A stretch of 64,000 bases of DNA from Eledone cirrhosa (taxonomy: Eukaryota): contig OZ024763.1 of the NCBI GenBank assembly GCA_964016885.1, positions 17,112,001-17,176,000 of the forward strand, written 5' to 3'. The translations under genes and the position numbers were made by a program. Below, piece by piece: positions 56,523 through 64,000 of the stretch. Numbering within the stretch: the stretch's first letter is position 1; the number at the start of each line of letters is the position of its first letter. The notes beneath the pieces were generated by a model. That model was not told the DNA's origin. It was given only the letters and a program-made list of their open reading frames with translations, and searched no databases.

Positions 56523-57395
56523 TCATCATCATCATCATCATCATCAGGTTTAGCGTCCGTGTTCCACGCTTGCATGGGTTTGGACGGGGGTTTTCCCACT
56601 TGAGGCAAGAGTGGTTGTCTTGCTCGCATAGGACTGTCTGGCGGGTTTTCTACAGTTGGATGCCCTTCCTAACACCAACCACATTTACAGTGTGGGGCTG
56701 GAGGTTTTTACCGTGTTGCCTACACGGCCACATTACAGCGTGGACTGTCTGGCGGGTTTTCTACAGCTGGATGCCCTTCCTAACACCAACCACATTTACA
56801 GAGTGGGGCTGGGAGGTTTTTACCGTGTTGCCTACACGGCCACATTTACAGCGTGGACTGTGTTTTTTTTGTCGTGACACCTACACGATCTCATTTGTTT
56901 CGGCCTGGATGTTGTGGGACCAACATAACTGTACATTGAAAGGGGCGGTGTGGATGGGGTGGAGTTGGTGGGACGGGGGGGGGGGGTTGATAGAGATGCC
57001 TACTGACTGTAGTAGGTTTTTACTTTGTATTTAGGTAAGGCGGGTCTTCTCTATTACTGAGTACCGCCAAAGGTCTCGGTCCAGTGACATTGTCTTGGAG
57101 AGGTGTAAGCGTGTGAGGTCGGAATTTATCAGCTCGTCCCATGTTTTTCTGGGTCTGCCTACTCCGTGGCTACCGTCTATCTTTATTGCCCTGCACTTTG
57201 TTATACAGCTGTCGTCTTTCATGCGCATCACGTGACCGTACCAACGTAGCCTTCTCTCGAGTAAACAACATCTGATCCCTCTTATTTCTAATTTTTTCCT
57301 TAGTTCTTTTATGCTTTGCCGTTCACGTATATTACTATTGCACATCCAGCGGAGCATGCAAGCTTCGTTCCTCTCTAGTCTGCGTATATCCTCTG
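56523..57395 (-). mobile_element. 5'-truncated RTE-clade LINE (ORF C-terminus 57031-57395, 3' UTR, (GAT)n tail)
   Basis: [31 protein letters not shown] are typical RTE C-terminal motifs. Confidence 0.9.
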
Positions 57396-57424
57396 CATAT
57401 ATCCTAGTCTGCGTATATCCTCTG

Positions 57425-60288
<2,864 letters not shown>

Positions 60289-60488
60289 NNNNNNNNNNNN
60301 NNNNNNNNNNNNNNNNNNNNNNNNNNNNNNNNNNNNNNNNNNNNNNNNNNNNNNNNNNNNNNNNNNNNNNNNNNNNNNNNNNNNNNNNNNNNNNNNNNNN
60401 NNNNNNNNNNNNNNNNNNNNNNNNNNNNNNNNNNNNNNNNNNNNNNNNNNNNNNNNNNNNNNNNNNNNNNNNNNNNNNNNNNNNNNNN
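60289..60488. other. Assembly gap (200 N)
   Basis: N run. Confidence 1.
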
Positions 60489-60750
60489 TATATACAGTAC
60501 CTAGTAGTGCTATCTTCTGTATGTTGTATATATTTGTAATATATATACAGTACCTAGTAGTGCTATATTCTGTATGTTGTATATATTTATAATATATATA
60601 CAGTACCTAGTAGTGCTATCTTCTGTATGTTGTATATATTTGTAATATATATACAGTACCTCGTAGTACTATCTTCTGTATGTTGTATATATTTGTAATA
60701 TATATACAGTACCTAGTGGTGCTATCTTCTGTATGTTGTATATATTTGTA
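60489..60750. repeat. ~53-bp tandem repeat (5 units)
   Basis: Recurring TATACAGTACCTAGTAGTGCTATCTTCTGTATGTTG. Confidence 0.9.
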
Positions 60751-60751
60751 G

Positions 60752-61115
60752 GTCCTGGGGTTTTAGTTATGTATCTGTCTGTGTGATTTATATATCATTC
60801 CCAGAGCACCTATTATTGTACGTATTGTTTCTGTCTTCATCATCCACATTTGGGTTATTTCTATCTCTAGATCTTTATATTTGGATAATTTCTCCATTTC
60901 CTTGATAGATATACTGTCATCTGTGGGGATAGATATGTCAATTAGATGGGTTTTTTTTTCTTTGTGGTCTTTGACTATAATATCCTGTCGGTTGGCTTTG
61001 ATCTCTGTCTCTGTGTATAGGAATATCCCAGACTATGGTTGCTTTGTCATTTTCTGACATCTTTACTTGTGTATTTCTGTACCATTTTTAATGTTTACTT
61101 TTTCTGTATTATTGC
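60752..61115 (-). mobile_element. R4/Dong-like LINE endonuclease fragment
   Basis: WDIPIHTETEIKANRQDIIVKD..IDISIP..EKLSKYKDLEIEI..IIGALG. Confidence 0.8.
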
Positions 61116-61204
61116 TCTGACACACACTGCAGATGGATAATTCACCGGGTCATTTAGTCATCTATCAATTTGCAACAAGGACCCCAGACAGATAAATAAA
61201 ACTT

Positions 61205-62830
61205 TCCTCAAAATGTGCTCAAAGCCACCTTTTGTATGACACCCAACCTGTATAGTATTCCCATTTGCTTTAAGAAGTCTTGAAGTTTCAATGGGATTAA
61301 CCCTAATGCTCCGATCCCAACTGGTATTACTGGTATCACTTTCATATTTCTCTCTTGCATTCCAAATAGTCTTGTCAGCTCCTCTTTCAATTGGGAGGAC
61401 TTGGTGATTTCTCCAATCACCTTATTCGCAATACTTGTGTCATTTGGTACGGCCACATTGATGATCTGACAGCATTTGTCTTTCTTCTTCAACACGACAA
61501 TGTCCGGTTGGCGATGCTCAATTATTCTATCAGTTTGGAAATCATTATTCCAGAATATCGTTGTCTACCAACCCTTCTGCATTATTTGGCAGTATCGGTA
61601 AAGGGTCGGACATGCTTTCCATCATAGTTACGTCGCTTTATGATCCGAGTTCAAATCCTGCCGAGGTTAATTTTGCCTTTCATCCATACGGGGTCGATAA
61701 AATAAAGTACCAGTGATACACTGGGTAATTGCTGGCCTTGTGCCAAAAGTAGAAACAATTATTTTACAAAGCCCATGCTCACATCAATTCTTTATTACTC
61801 CATATTGGGATTTACAACACAGAAACCAATGAAGATATATATATAGACATGATTTTATCATGGCGGCTATGGGCTTATTTTTTGTGCAAGGCTCTCACGT
61901 CCACCACTTACCAAGTGGGTCACATTTTCTATATTCTTTCAACAGAGTCTATATTTCTGGGTGTCATAAGTTTTGTAGATGTTATACTTCATCGAATTGA
62001 TAACCACAGCTAGGTGTTGTGCTACAAATATAAGGCTTTCAGCCGCACACTTCAAAACACCTTGCTTAACTCTTCAGCATTCGCATTACTCTAGTATTGT
62101 ATTTTTGCAGTAAAGGCTTTATCTCACATAATATGGAATCTATGAGATTTTGGTGATGTTATTATTTATTTTGAGTTCAAATCCCGCCCAGGTTAACTTT
62201 GCCTTTCATCTTTACGGGGGTCGATAAAATAAAGTACCAGTAATGCACTGGGGTAATTGCTGCCCTTGTGCCAAAAGTGGAAACAATTATTTATTTTGAG
62301 AACAATACCATAACATTGGTATAAGCAGCTGGTTATGGCTGGTTTGAATAGAAAGATATGAGAGAATTCTGGCCAGATACGGCCGGTTTAAATGCTAAAG
62401 GATTAAGCCATGTCCACAATATTGTTTGTTCCTTGATATCCTGTGTATTTCTCTTAAACTGACAATGCATTTACATTACTCAATATATATACTGCTATAT
62501 TTTCATGATAAAGGCTTAATCTTACATAATTACCTCACATAATATCGAATCTATGATATTTTTATATTATTTATTTTGAGAACAATACCTTAACATGAGT
62601 ATGTGTGGCCAGTTACAGCCAGTTAGAATAGAAAGATATGAGAGAATTCTGGGCGGATATGGTTGGTTTAAATGCTAAAGGGTTAAACTGACCATACATT
62701 CTCATTCCTGGAAGATCTTCCTTTCTTTTCTCTTCAGTTCTTTGGTTAAACTCTTCTTTTCCAACCATTTCTACAGCATTTATACCCGTATCTTCTGCTG
62801 CATATTACAACAACCCTTTGTCACTGTTTA
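61205..62830 (-). mobile_element. Degraded R4/Dong-like LINE interrupted by SINE2 (61586-61762) and piggyBac-type MITEs (62066-62407, 62455-62686)
   Basis: HRQPDIVVL..INVAVP..IGALG at 61208-61560; ENVTHLVSG and RHDKI at ~61850-61930. Confidence 0.7.
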
Positions 62831-62859
62831 ACCAAATATTCCTTCCTTCCTTCATCCTC

Positions 62860-63076
62860 TCTTCTTCTTCTTCTTCTTTGCCTTCTTCGCCTTCTTCTTC
62901 TTTGCCTTCTTCGCCTTCTTCTTCTTCTTCTTCTTCTTCGCCTTCTTCTTCTTCTTCGCCTTCTTCTTCTTCTTCTTCTTCTTCTTCTTCTTCTTCTTCT
63001 TCTTCTTCTTCTTCTTCTTCTTCTTCTTCTTCTTCTTCTTCTTCTTCTTCTTCTTCTTCTTCTTCTTCTTCTTCTT

Positions 63077-63107
<31 letters not shown>

Positions 63108-63290
63108 TTATTATTATTTGCCTTCTCCTTCTTCTTTGCCTTCGCCTTCTTCTTCTTCTTTGCCTTCACCTTCGCCTTCTTCTTCACCTTCGCCTTCTTC
63201 TTCTTTGCTTTCGCTTTCTTCTTCTTCGCCTTCTTCATTTTCTTCTTCTTCTTCTTCGCCTTCTTCTTTATCATCACCATCATCAGTATT
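62860..63290. repeat. (TTC)n microsatellite
   Basis: Direct reading. Confidence 0.95.
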
Positions 63291-63642
63291 AGTACTACCA
63301 TTGCTACAATGCCTAAGTCTTATAGGTGAGTAGAGATAATAAAATTGTTCAGTGTTGATGAGTTTCTCAAGTGTAATAGAACGGCAAAGTAATACTGAAG
63401 TAGACAGACTCAATTATTAAAACTAGATTGTATCGAGAGAGAGAGAGAGGGGGAGGGAGTGAGACAGAGAGAGAGAGAGACACACACACACAAACAGAGA
63501 GAGAGAGAGAGGCAGTGTGAGAGAGAGAGACAGAGAAGTGAAATTACTAGAGTAATATTTTTTATTGGGGTAAAAAATTGTATTTATTTCACCTAATTTC
63601 CAATTGATTTTTCTATTAAGGTGTTGGACAGTTGATCAGATT

Positions 63643-64000
63643 GTCAGGCACTGACCTGAGTATTGCTACTGTTACTGTAGTGATGGTCACTTGAGCTGGT
63701 GTCAGGCACTGACCTGAGTATTGCTACTATTGCTGTAGTGATGGTCACTTGAGCTGGTGTCAGGCACTGACCGCAGTATTGCTACTGTAGTGATGGTCAC
63801 TTGAGCTGGTGTCAGGCACTGACCGGAGTATTGCTACTATTACTGTAGTGATGGTCACTTGAGCTGGTGTCAAGCACTGACCGCAGTATTGCTACTATTA
63901 CTGTAGTGATGGTCACTTGAGCTGGTGTCAGGCACTGACCTGAGTATTGCTACTATTACTGTAGTGATGGTCACTTGAGCTGGTGTCAAGCACTGACCGC
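63643..64000. repeat. ~56-bp minisatellite, truncated by window end
   Basis: Recurring GTCAGGCACTGAC..GTATTGCTACT..GTAGTGATGGTCACTTGAGCTGGT. Confidence 0.92.

Noticed and set aside
62818-63413. Poly-Ser/poly-Lys/Glu-rich ORFs (also 36075-36521, 45035-45732)
   Set aside because: (TTC)n triplet tracts

Overview
Gene-free, AT-rich, repeat-saturated eukaryotic DNA. The SINE families, microsatellite load and LINE types point to a cephalopod (probably Octopus); this is an inference. No host protein-coding exon can be supported, and almost all supplied ORFs are translations of microsatellites. Recognisable content: one full-length but inactivated IR/DR-type Tc1 (Sleeping Beauty-like) transposon; RTE and R4/Dong-type LINE fragments; a Penelope-like GIY-YIG endonuclease fragment; two abundant tRNA-derived SINE families; piggyBac-, pogo/Tc2- and mariner-type MITEs; several minisatellites amplified from SINE/LINE modules; and a 200-N gap. 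The most striking signal is a population of at least 10 sequence-distinct small non-coding elements, mostly embedded in (TA)n tracts. They carry type I hammerhead ribozyme folds (about 16 motifs with recognisable cores). Many share one architecture: a fold-back pair of arms in which only one arm bears a 3' tail, the tail usually begins with an ACTC...TTGAGT(R)C hairpin, and the inversion point often falls in the ribozyme core. One element is instead a ~540-bp unit with terminal direct repeats and a full canonical hammerhead (retrozyme-like). All folds were derived by eye and none has been tested.
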